A stretch of 46,073 nucleotides of DNA from assembly GCA_937863465.1 (NCBI GenBank), contig CALMFG010000102.1, positions 1 through 46,073 on the forward strand. The letters run 5' to 3'. Under the pieces are notes generated by a model, which saw only the letters and a list, made by a program, of their open reading frames with translations, was not told the origin of the DNA and searched no databases. How positions within the stretch are numbered: position 1 is the first letter of the stretch; every line of letters begins with the position of its first letter. The position numbers and the translations under genes were made by a program. Source of the DNA: an uncultured Clostridia bacterium. GTDB taxonomy: Bacteria > Bacillota > Clostridia > Christensenellales > CALMFG01. Positions 25,214-33,184 of the stretch are shown piece by piece.

Positions 25214-26746
25214 TCATTCTTTGCTCTGTTTTTGTCGTAACCCCAAAACCAGCCCGCCGGCCAGAACGATGGCCAGCCCCAGCAACGGCCACACCCATGA
25301 GGGAATTGCGGGCTTTTCGGTGATATAGACGACTTGTGCGGTCGGGGTAGGCACGGGTTCGGGGGTCACTTCATTTTCAACAAGCACAGTCGGGGTGGGC
25401 ATCGCCGTGGGTTCAGCGTTCGTTTTTTCTAAAAGCGCTGTCAGCCGGGTCGGCAAATCTCCGCCGATTTGATCCACAATATAGTGTGCGGCCCGCTCAT
25501 ACTCGGAATCATATTCAAAATACATATACGGATAGCCGTTCCCCACTTCTCCCGTCTGGGTGTCCACATCGTACAAATACGAAATACTCGGGATTTTTTC
25601 CCCAAAAACAACGCTTCCAATATGAACTTCAAACTTTCCTTGGTCCGGCGCCGTAAAATTCCGGGTTACTTCGTCGTTAATCTCAAACAGATAAATGGTA
25701 TCCGTGTTCTCAAAGCTGCCCTCAGTGCTCCAATAGTAGCCGGGGCCCAACAAATCAATATACAGGTTCTGTATGGGATGTCTGCTGACGTTTTTAAAGG
25801 TGATGCTGTAGCTGTCCATTCCCGCTTCTGTTGTCTGCTGCGCTTCGGGCAGCCGTTTAACCGCAATCTCGCTTTCAGGCTCCTGATCAATAAAAATATT
25901 CCGGCACACTGTAGTCTCCTGCACACCATAATATTCTCCGTCTTTTTTAATCAGAACCTTGGCTATGGCCTCCGATGTTTCGGGGCGCGACTGATTAGGC
26001 TCTATCGTCATGTAATTATTAACCATGAAAAACGCCCCATCATTTGGGCTCAAAGCGATTTGCTGAACCCTATCGCCAAACAAACACGGATAGACCAGCA
26101 CCTCATCCAGATTTTGATTGCTGATATTGGTGATTGATATGGGTAAAATTGTGTACCCATAGATATTTGTTTTTGATGAGTTCAGGTGCCAGTTTAGATT
26201 ATATCCGCAGTCTAGAAATGCTCTTTCAGCATCATCTCCATATATTTTCAAATCAATCAGACCGCTTCCGTCTTTAATGTTGGTGATTTCCACCGTTTCA
26301 GGATGTTGATTAATTAATTCCGCCCACGCGCCCTCTTCCTTCAGCGGTTCTCTATCCGTTTGAAACGCCAGATCCAATTTGACGTCCATATACGCTTTCC
26401 CGTCGCGCATATACCAGTTGCTTTCCTCCGGTATGGTTCCGGTGATATCCATGCGCATGGTTTTTCCAGGGGAAAGCGCATAGCCATTATCGTCTTCACT
26501 TTCAAAATAATTGTCAAAGCTATCTACAATATATTCGATGTTCACGTTATATTTTGAGTTGTTCCGAATCGTCGCTGTATAGGATACCTCCCCGCCGATT
26601 TCTGCGGTTTTGCTGTGTAGCTCAATCGAGTATGTAACATCGTTATCCACATCATAGAAAATCGCCGAGTCGGCCGCCACGCCAACAGGCATCAGACCTG
26701 TCATCAAAACCAGCAAGATGAGCGCTGCCGAGTAAACTCGTTTCAT
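25214..26746 (-). CDS. uncharacterised signal-peptide protein with C-terminal TM anchor, paralog A
   Basis: 510 aa. It has a signal peptide (MKRVYSAALILLVLMTGLMPVGVAA), a beta-rich body with CARDB-like strings (YTATIRNNSKYNVNIEYIV, ITFKNVSRHPIQNLYIDL), a Pro/Thr linker and a tail ...IPSWVWPLLGLAIVLAGGLVLGLRQKQSKE. The start codon directly abuts the stop of paralog B. Confidence 0.85.
   Translation of the reverse strand: MKRVYSAALILLVLMTGLMPVGVAADSAIFYDVDNDVTYSIELHSKTAEIGGEVSYTATIRNNSKYNVNIEYIVDSFDNYFESEDDNGYALSPGKTMRMDITGTIPEESNWYMRDGKAYMDVKLDLAFQTDREPLKEEGAWAELINQHPETVEITNIKDGSGLIDLKIYGDDAERAFLDCGYNLNWHLNSSKTNIYGYTILPISITNISNQNLDEVLVYPCLFGDRVQQIALSPNDGAFFMVNNYMTIEPNQSRPETSEAIAKVLIKKDGEYYGVQETTVCRNIFIDQEPESEIAVKRLPEAQQTTEAGMDSYSITFKNVSRHPIQNLYIDLLGPGYYWSTEGSFENTDTIYLFEINDEVTRNFTAPDQGKFEVHIGSVVFGEKIPSISYLYDVDTQTGEVGNGYPYMYFEYDSEYERAAHYIVDQIGGDLPTRLTALLEKTNAEPTAMPTPTVLVENEVTPEPVPTPTAQVVYITEKPAIPSWVWPLLGLAIVLAGGLVLGLRQKQSKE
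25272..25363. repeat. 92-bp direct repeat, copy 1 (inside the 3' end of paralog A)
   Basis: Base-for-base identical to 26820-26911 at an offset of 1548 bp. It encodes PEPVPTPTAQVVYITEKPAIPSWVWPLLGLA. Confidence 0.95.
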
Positions 26747-28189
26747 CTATTTGTCTCCTTTGTCCGCTTGACTCTGTTTTTGCCGTAATCCCAGCACCAA
26801 CCCGCCAGCCAGTACGATAGCCAGCCCCAGCAACGGCCACACCCATGAGGGAATTGCGGGCTTTTCGGTGATATAGACGACTTGTGCGGTCGGGGTAGGC
26901 ACGGGTTCGGGAGTAACATAGATAATCTGCGGGGTGGCTTCCGTCGCCGGCTCGGTGTTTTGTTCCTCTGCTTCGGGAATCACCGAGAAGCTTTCATTCG
27001 ACCACGACTCTTCGCCAATTGTCTTTAAAGTGCCTTTGCCACTTACAGGGTTATACGTATATTTGCGTGTTACGTAGACCGTGTCATTTGCAACAACGCC
27101 AAGTTTAATCTCAAACGGGCCTTCAGCTACTGTGTGCAAATAGAAGGTTGTACTGTTTCCCGGTTGCAGCTGATTTACAAAATACTCTCTTGAAAAAACC
27201 TGTTTCTGTGAAGGCATATGAATATAAAAATTATTGATGGTTTCCTTTCCTGTATTTTTTACAGTGACCAGATAATTATCAAAACCCGGTTCGCTCGATT
27301 TAAATATACCTTCATATCGGTCAACCGACACACTGACCTTTGCTTCGGAATCTACATAGACATTGGGATATATCCGCTCTGTTTCTACACCATAAATTTG
27401 ACTATCCACAACAAACAACGCATTATATCTGACCATTGACGCATTTGGGCGGTCTTCCCAATAATCAATTTGCCGGTGACACCCCATTGTAACCGTTCTT
27501 TTTTCACCGGGCACAAGTGCGGGTTGTTCTTCGGTCGTGTAATATCCTGATATCATCAAATTATCTAAAACTTTGGTAGATGTGTTGACCATCTCCACCG
27601 AGTTTTCTATGTCTCCCCAACGATTTAAAAACTTATCACTATAGTCCTCGTCAAAAAGTTCCATGATTGTAAATACAAAATCTTTATTTTCTTCAATTAC
27701 ATTTAATGAAAGAAAATCTGATCCATCTTTAATGTTTGTAAGTTTCACAGGAGTAGGGTTGTCATCCACGTTGATCATGTCCACCACTTCGGAACCAAAC
27801 ATCCCTTTAAAGCTATACCCAATGCCTATATCATAATCAAAATAGAATTCGCCATCTTTTTTATACCATACTACTTCGTTTGATACGATATCCGTTCCTT
27901 GTATTGTGATGCTTTTACCCGGCGGTATGTCTTGGATAGAATCACTGTCAAAATATTGATCAAACGGCAAATTAATATGTATGATGCTCATGGTATATTT
28001 GGAATTGTTTGATATGGTCAAATGATATTTAAATTCTTCTCCAATCGCTGCCTGACCGCCGTCAACACTAATTCTGTAAGTCATATCCTGATCGATATCC
28101 CATATCGACCCATCGTCGGCGAATGCGTTAATTGGCAAAAACATCATGATTAAAACAACAATAATCAAGACCCTCTTAATTCTTTTCAT
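26747..28189 (-). CDS. uncharacterised signal-peptide protein with C-terminal TM anchor, paralog B
   Basis: 480 aa. It has a signal peptide (MKRIKRVLIIVVLIMMFLPINAFA), shares TNIKDGS, NNSKY and YGVET strings with paralog A, and has the same 47-aa C-terminal module. It is markedly AT-rich. Confidence 0.85.
   Translation of the reverse strand: MKRIKRVLIIVVLIMMFLPINAFADDGSIWDIDQDMTYRISVDGGQAAIGEEFKYHLTISNNSKYTMSIIHINLPFDQYFDSDSIQDIPPGKSITIQGTDIVSNEVVWYKKDGEFYFDYDIGIGYSFKGMFGSEVVDMINVDDNPTPVKLTNIKDGSDFLSLNVIEENKDFVFTIMELFDEDYSDKFLNRWGDIENSVEMVNTSTKVLDNLMISGYYTTEEQPALVPGEKRTVTMGCHRQIDYWEDRPNASMVRYNALFVVDSQIYGVETERIYPNVYVDSEAKVSVSVDRYEGIFKSSEPGFDNYLVTVKNTGKETINNFYIHMPSQKQVFSREYFVNQLQPGNSTTFYLHTVAEGPFEIKLGVVANDTVYVTRKYTYNPVSGKGTLKTIGEESWSNESFSVIPEAEEQNTEPATEATPQIIYVTPEPVPTPTAQVVYITEKPAIPSWVWPLLGLAIVLAGGLVLGLRQKQSQADKGDK
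26820..26911. repeat. 92-bp direct repeat, copy 2 (inside the 3' end of paralog B)
   Basis: Identical to 25272-25363. The first mismatches are at 26819/25271 and 26912/25364. Confidence 0.95.
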
Positions 28190-28231
28190 TACATTTTCCT
28201 TTCTTTGTGCCTGATTATGGTATTCGTGCTT

Positions 28232-28262
28232 TTAAAAAAAAGGACAAAGTCATCCTTTGTCC
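28232..28262 (-). terminator. rho-independent terminator of pfkA
   Basis: A perfect 8-bp stem, GGACAAAG (28242-28249) with CTTTGTCC (28255-28262), and a 5-nt loop. On the minus strand it is followed by U8 (28241-28234). Confidence 0.75.
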
Positions 28263-28279
28263 CCTATGGTAAATTTTTT

Positions 28280-29242
28280 TTAAAGGCTGGTCAGCGTTTC
28301 GGCCATATCATACAGGTATTTGTCAAAACGCGGTTTCATGGCCAGTGCTTCGTCGATGTCGTCGTCCACCACCTGATTGTTGCGGATGCCCACCACGCGT
28401 CCGGCTTTGCCTTCCATCAGCAATTCCACCGCGCGGATGCCCAAACGGCTGGCTAAGATACGGTCGTCCACAGTCGGCATGCCGCCGCGCTGGATGTACC
28501 CGAGAACAATGGCCTTCACGTCGATGCCGGTTTTGGCGTTGATGTAATTGGCCAGCGATTCGCCCTTGCCTGCGCCTTCACTGATCATGATGATGCTGGT
28601 CAGCTTGCCGCGGATGCGGTCATGCACCAGATCATCGCAGATAGTGTCGAGGTCAAACGGCACTTCGGGCACCAAAATGTGCTCGGCTCCGCCCGCCACG
28701 CCCGAGAACAGCGCAATATCGCCGCATCGGTTGCCCATGACTTCGATGACGCCCACGCGTTCGTGGCTCTCCATGGTATCGCGTATTTTCCGGATTTCGC
28801 CGGTGACGCCGCTGACCGCCGTATTGAACCCGATGGTGAAATCGGTGTAGGCCAGATCATTGTCGATGGTTCCGGGCAGTCCGATGGTGGGGATGCCCTT
28901 TTCCCATAAATCCTTGGCGCCCTTATAGCTGCCGTCGCCGCCGATAACGATAAGTCCTTCAATATCAAACGCCTTTAAAACCTGGATGGCTTTGTTTCTG
29001 CCTTCCTCGGTCAAAAACTCCTTGGAACGCGCGGTCTTTAGAATGGTTCCGCCCTGCCCCACAATGTCGTGCACTTCGGCGCGGTGCATCTCATGTACGC
29101 GGCCTTCGATAAGGCCCTGATAGCCCTTGGTGATGCCCATAACGCTGATTCCGTTAACCCGTGCGGATTTCACCACAGCACGAATGGCGGCGTTCATGCC
29201 CGGCGTGTCGCCGCCGCTTGTTAAAACACCTATTCTTTTCAT
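28280..29242 (-). CDS. pfkA: ATP-dependent 6-phosphofructokinase
   Basis: 320 aa. Motifs: MKRIGVLTSGGDTPGMNAAIR, IVIGGDGSYKGA, PGTIDNDL, GYIQRGG. The usual MGR tripeptide reads MGNR (see findings). Confidence 0.95.
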   Translation of the reverse strand: MKRIGVLTSGGDTPGMNAAIRAVVKSARVNGISVMGITKGYQGLIEGRVHEMHRAEVHDIVGQGGTILKTARSKEFLTEEGRNKAIQVLKAFDIEGLIVIGGDGSYKGAKDLWEKGIPTIGLPGTIDNDLAYTDFTIGFNTAVSGVTGEIRKIRDTMESHERVGVIEVMGNRCGDIALFSGVAGGAEHILVPEVPFDLDTICDDLVHDRIRGKLTSIIMISEGAGKGESLANYINAKTGIDVKAIVLGYIQRGGMPTVDDRILASRLGIRAVELLMEGKAGRVVGIRNNQVVDDDIDEALAMKPRFDKYLYDMAETLTSL

Positions 29243-29305
29243 TTGCTTCTCCTCGTAAACTTTAAAAAATCTATTTAAAGCACGTGTGTTTTACGCGCTT
29301 TCATT

Positions 29306-29536
29306 CTATTTTCCGCTTTCCACTTCACCGTATTTGGTTAAAATCTGGGCTTTGCCCCGAATTTTCATGGCCGAGGTGTTTTCGGTGAACTGCGCCACCA
29401 TCACTTCGCCCGCATCCAGTTTCTCGGTATGGTGGAACTTGGTTGCGCTGCCGCGAGTCATGCCAATGATATTCACGCCGTCTTCCAGCGCCTTGATGAC
29501 GATATAATCCTGCAGAAGTTCCTGATTTTCTTCCAT
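29306..29536 (-). CDS. mtrB: trp RNA-binding attenuation protein TRAP
   Basis: The ORF track gives 29306..29581 (91 aa). ATG 29536 ([13 protein letters not shown]..., AAAGGGA upstream) gives 76 aa, the TRAP size. [67 protein letters not shown] aligns without gaps to B. subtilis MtrB as I recall it ([69 protein letters not shown]). About two-thirds of positions are identical. Confidence 0.85.
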   Translation of the reverse strand: MEENQELLQDYIVIKALEDGVNIIGMTRGSATKFHHTEKLDAGEVMVAQFTENTSAMKIRGKAQILTKYGEVESGK

Positions 29537-29598
29537 ATCTATCCCTTTCGCGGATGCCCGCTCTCTTGCTTTTTCGTCCATTTCCCGTTCAGTATATC

Positions 29599-29639
29599 AA
29601 AAAGGTCATGCTAACACAATCTGTTAATTCACAGCATGA
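29599..29639 (-). terminator. weak candidate terminator after dnaE
   Basis: TCATGCT (29606-29612) pairs with AGCATGA (29633-29639), a 7-bp stem with a 20-nt loop. On the minus strand it is followed by CCUUUUU. The large loop makes confidence low. Confidence 0.3.
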
Positions 29640-29650
29640 TAAACACGCTT

Positions 29651-32600
29651 TTATTTAATCACCACATTATCCTCACCAAACACAATCTTTAAATTGTCGA
29701 TCAGATTTTTGGTGTAGGTGACGCCGTAGTCGCCGCCCGCGACGAAGGTCTGTTTGGTGGCCTCCAGATGCACGGTGGTGGGTGAATTGCCCGGGAATTT
29801 CTTCAGCACGTTGACCAGTTTATCGGTGCTTTCCCCGTACATGGCCGGAATTTTGACATACAGCTTTTTGCCGGTAAAGGACTCGTCCGCCCGCATGACC
29901 GGCGTCAGTTTTTCCAGAATAATCTTGGGCGCTTCGCCTTCCTTGATGTCCACGCGTCCTTTCAGCCGAACGACATTGTCGTTATACAGCATCGGTTCCG
30001 CGTCGGCCAAAGGCCCCTGGAACACGATGACGTCGATGACCGAATAGAGGTCTTCCAAAGTCGCCAGCGCATAACTGCGCTTGTCCTTGGTCGATCTTCT
30101 TTTTACGTCATTTAGAATTCCCAAAAGCTCCACTTCGCGGTCCTCGTAGTACGCCGCCGTTGAAGGATCGGACGCCGCCGACAGAATCTTATATGTGTTA
30201 TGCGCCTGTTTATCCAGCTCAGCCTCGAAGGCCTCCAGAGGATGCCCGCTCAGGTAGGACCCCGTGGTCTGCTTTTCCAGAGACAAAAGCTGGCGGTGGT
30301 CATACTCCTTAAGGTCCGGGATGCTGATGCTCTGGCTGGCGCCCAGATCCATGTCCGAATCAAACAGGCTGATCTGCCCGTCAATGGTCTTCTTGTCGTC
30401 GTCCGAAACGCTCTTCATCGCCCGCTCGTACACGCTCATCAGACTGCTGCGCGTATTGCCGAAGCAGTCAAAGCATCCGGCCAGAATCAGGCCTTCCAGC
30501 GCTTTTTTGTTGATGATGCCCGCCGTGCGCTTGATGAAATCCAAAAAGTCGGTGTAGACCTTGCCTTTGCGTAAACCGACGATTTCGGCCGCGGCTTTGC
30601 CCCCCACGTCGCGAATGGCAGAGAACCCAAACCGGATGCTCTCCCCGTCCACAGAAAAACGCGGGCCGGACAGATTGATATCCGGCGGCAGGATTTTGAT
30701 ACCCGCTTTTTTCAGGTATTGGATATACGCCGCGGTCTTGTCGGGCGTACCGATAAAGCTGTTCAAAAGCGCCGTCATAAACTCGCGCTTGTAGTGCACC
30801 TTGAGGTACGCGGTCTGGTACGCGATGACAGCATAGGCGCAGGCATGGCTCTTGTTAAACGCGTACTGCGCAAAGTCGGTCATCTGATCGAATATCTTCT
30901 CAGCGATTTTTCGGTCCACTCCGCGGTTCACCGCGCCGGGCACACCTTTTTCCTTGTCGCCCAAGATGAATACTTCCCGCTCTTTAGCCATCACGTCGGC
31001 CTTCTTTTTGCTCATCACGCGGCGCACCAAATCAGCGCGGCCCAAACTGTAGCCCGCCATATCCTGTACAATCTGCATGACCTGCTCCTGATATACGATA
31101 CAGCCGTAGGTCTCTTTCAGCGTCTTTTCCAGACTCGGGTGGTCGTACCGCACCTTTTCGGGGTGGTTTTTGGCCGCGATATACGTGGGGATGCTGTCCA
31201 TCGGCCCCGGCCGAAACAGCGAGATGCCCACCATGATATCCGAAAGGTCGCTGGGCTTCAGCTGCTGCATCAGCCGCCGCATGCCCGGACTTTCCAGCTG
31301 AAAAACGCCGTCGGTATCGGCCGCGGAAATCAGCGCGTATACCTCGGGGTCGTCATATTCCATTTTGTCGAAGTCGATGATTTCGCCTGCGTCCTCGGCC
31401 ACCATGGCAAGGGTATCGCGGATGACCGTCAGGTTGCGAAGCCCCAAAAAGTCCATCTTTAATAGGCCCAGTTCCTCCAAAAGACCCATGGGAAACTGCG
31501 TGATGACCGATTCGTCCTTGGGGTTAATCTGCAAGGGCACATATTCCAGGACCGGCTTTTTGGCGATGACCACCCCCGCCGCGTGCGTGGACGCGTGCCG
31601 CGGGATGCCCTCCAGCTTTAAGCACATGTCGATGAGTTCTTTCACTTCGGGCTTGGTCTCATATTCGGTCCGAAAAGGCACGCTGTCTTCCAATGCGCTT
31701 TTTAGGGTCACGGTCGGGCCGTTCGGAATCAGCTTGGCGATGCGTACCGATTCGCCGAACGGAAAGCGCATCACCCGCGCCACGTCATGCACGGCCTGCT
31801 TGGCGCCCAGTGTTCCGAAGGTGATAATCTGCGCCACGTTATGCTCGCCGTATTTTTGCACCACATAGTCGATGACTTCCTGACGGCGTTCGATGCAAAA
31901 ATCGATGTCGATATCCGGCATGCTGATCCGCTCAGGGTTTAGGAACCGCTCAAACAGCAGGGTGTATTTGATGGGGTCGATATCGGTGATTCGAAGCGCA
32001 TAGGCCACAATGCTGCCCGCCGCGCTGCCCCGCCCCGGGCCCACCACAATGCCCCGATCCTTGGCAAACTTGATAAAATCCCATGTGATTAAAAAGTAGT
32101 CAGTAAAGCCCATACTGCCGATGACCGAAAGCTCGTATTCAGCGCGCTCGGCCAGCTCGGGCGTCACGGCGCCGTAACGGTACTGTAGGCCGTCTAGGAC
32201 CTTGTCTTTCAAAAAAGCCTGATGGTCGGTGCCTTCGGGTAAATCGAACACCGGCATATGATAGGTGCCGAATTCCAGTTTCACATTGCATTTCTCGGCG
32301 ATCTTTAGTGTGTTCGAAATCGCTTCGGGCTGATTCGGGAACAGCACCGCCATCTCGTCAGCCGACTTTAAGTAGAATTCCTCGGTGGCAAACTTCATGC
32401 GGTTTTCGTCGTCCAGAAAGTTTCGGGTCTGGATGCAGAGCAGCACATCCTGCGCCTGCGCGTCCTCCCGCTTGACGTAATGGATATCGTTGGTGGCCGC
32501 TAGAGGAATATCGCACTCTTTAGCGATTTTCACCAAATCCGGGTTGGTCTGCTTTTGCTCGGGCAGACCGTGATCCTGAAGCTCAATATAGAAATCGCCG

Positions 32601-33094
32601 CCGAATATGCTTTTAAGCTCCAATGCCAAATCCTTGGCGCCGTCGTAATCGCCCGCCAGAAGCAGCTGGGGGATGTCGCCCGCCAGACACGCCGAGAGGC
32701 AGACGAGGCCTTCGCTGTACTTTGCCAGTGTCTTGTAGTCGATTCTCGGCTTAAAGTAGAACCCTTCCAAAAATCCGACGGACACCAATCGCATCAGGTT
32801 CTGGTAGCCGGTCTGGTTTTTGGCCAGCAAAATCAAGTGCGCGTACTCGCGGTAGGCCTTGGTCTTTTCGGTCATGTCCTTGCAGATATACACTTCACAG
32901 CCCAAGATCGGTTTAATTTGGGCCTGCACGCATTTTTTAAAGAAATCCGCAACACCATACATCACACCGTGGTCGGTGATGGCCAGCGACGTCATGCCAA
33001 GCGCCTTGGCCGACGCGATGAGGTCGTCCAGTCGGCTGGCACCGTCCAGAAGGCTGTATTCGGTATGGACATGCAGATGGGTAAATTCGCTCAT
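29651..33094 (-). CDS. dnaE: DNA polymerase III alpha subunit (DnaE type)
   Basis: 1147 aa. It has an N-terminal PHP domain (FTHLHVHTEYSLLDGASR), the polymerase core (PDIDIDF, GLLKMDFLGLRNL) and a C-terminal OB fold. Confidence 0.97.
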   Translation of the reverse strand: MSEFTHLHVHTEYSLLDGASRLDDLIASAKALGMTSLAITDHGVMYGVADFFKKCVQAQIKPILGCEVYICKDMTEKTKAYREYAHLILLAKNQTGYQNLMRLVSVGFLEGFYFKPRIDYKTLAKYSEGLVCLSACLAGDIPQLLLAGDYDGAKDLALELKSIFGGDFYIELQDHGLPEQKQTNPDLVKIAKECDIPLAATNDIHYVKREDAQAQDVLLCIQTRNFLDDENRMKFATEEFYLKSADEMAVLFPNQPEAISNTLKIAEKCNVKLEFGTYHMPVFDLPEGTDHQAFLKDKVLDGLQYRYGAVTPELAERAEYELSVIGSMGFTDYFLITWDFIKFAKDRGIVVGPGRGSAAGSIVAYALRITDIDPIKYTLLFERFLNPERISMPDIDIDFCIERRQEVIDYVVQKYGEHNVAQIITFGTLGAKQAVHDVARVMRFPFGESVRIAKLIPNGPTVTLKSALEDSVPFRTEYETKPEVKELIDMCLKLEGIPRHASTHAAGVVIAKKPVLEYVPLQINPKDESVITQFPMGLLEELGLLKMDFLGLRNLTVIRDTLAMVAEDAGEIIDFDKMEYDDPEVYALISAADTDGVFQLESPGMRRLMQQLKPSDLSDIMVGISLFRPGPMDSIPTYIAAKNHPEKVRYDHPSLEKTLKETYGCIVYQEQVMQIVQDMAGYSLGRADLVRRVMSKKKADVMAKEREVFILGDKEKGVPGAVNRGVDRKIAEKIFDQMTDFAQYAFNKSHACAYAVIAYQTAYLKVHYKREFMTALLNSFIGTPDKTAAYIQYLKKAGIKILPPDINLSGPRFSVDGESIRFGFSAIRDVGGKAAAEIVGLRKGKVYTDFLDFIKRTAGIINKKALEGLILAGCFDCFGNTRSSLMSVYERAMKSVSDDDKKTIDGQISLFDSDMDLGASQSISIPDLKEYDHRQLLSLEKQTTGSYLSGHPLEAFEAELDKQAHNTYKILSAASDPSTAAYYEDREVELLGILNDVKRRSTKDKRSYALATLEDLYSVIDVIVFQGPLADAEPMLYNDNVVRLKGRVDIKEGEAPKIILEKLTPVMRADESFTGKKLYVKIPAMYGESTDKLVNVLKKFPGNSPTTVHLEATKQTFVAGGDYGVTYTKNLIDNLKIVFGEDNVVIK

Positions 33095-33126
33095 GATACC
33101 TCTCCCGTTATGGCGCTATTATACCA

Positions 33127-33161
33127 TAAAAAAACACCGGCGTTTGTGAACCCCGCCGGTG
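33127..33161 (-). terminator. rho-independent terminator of the aconitase gene
   Basis: A perfect 8-bp stem, CACCGGCG (33135-33142) with CGCCGGTG (33154-33161). On the minus strand it is followed by U7 (33134-33128). Confidence 0.75.
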
Positions 33162-33184
33162 GTTGGATTGATTTACAGAAAATT

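Noticed and set aside
25272-26911. The two 92-bp repeats as a CRISPR-like or intergenic repeat element
   Set aside because: There are only two copies, both in frame inside the 3' ends of paralogous CDS. They are a coding duplication or conversion tract, not an array.
19105-28262. Genomic island, prophage or transposon interpretation of the AT-rich block
   Set aside because: There is no integrase, transposase, recombinase, tRNA attachment site or flanking direct/inverted repeats. I report only the compositional and functional heterogeneity.
29243-29305. TRAP-binding (G/U)AG triplet array in the pfkA leader, and likewise in the leaders of ychF, nrdD, dnaE, the Lrp operon and the Zn-ribbon gene
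   Set aside because: At most 2-3 GAG/TAG triplets occur with irregular spacing. Nothing resembles the 9-11 evenly spaced repeats TRAP needs.
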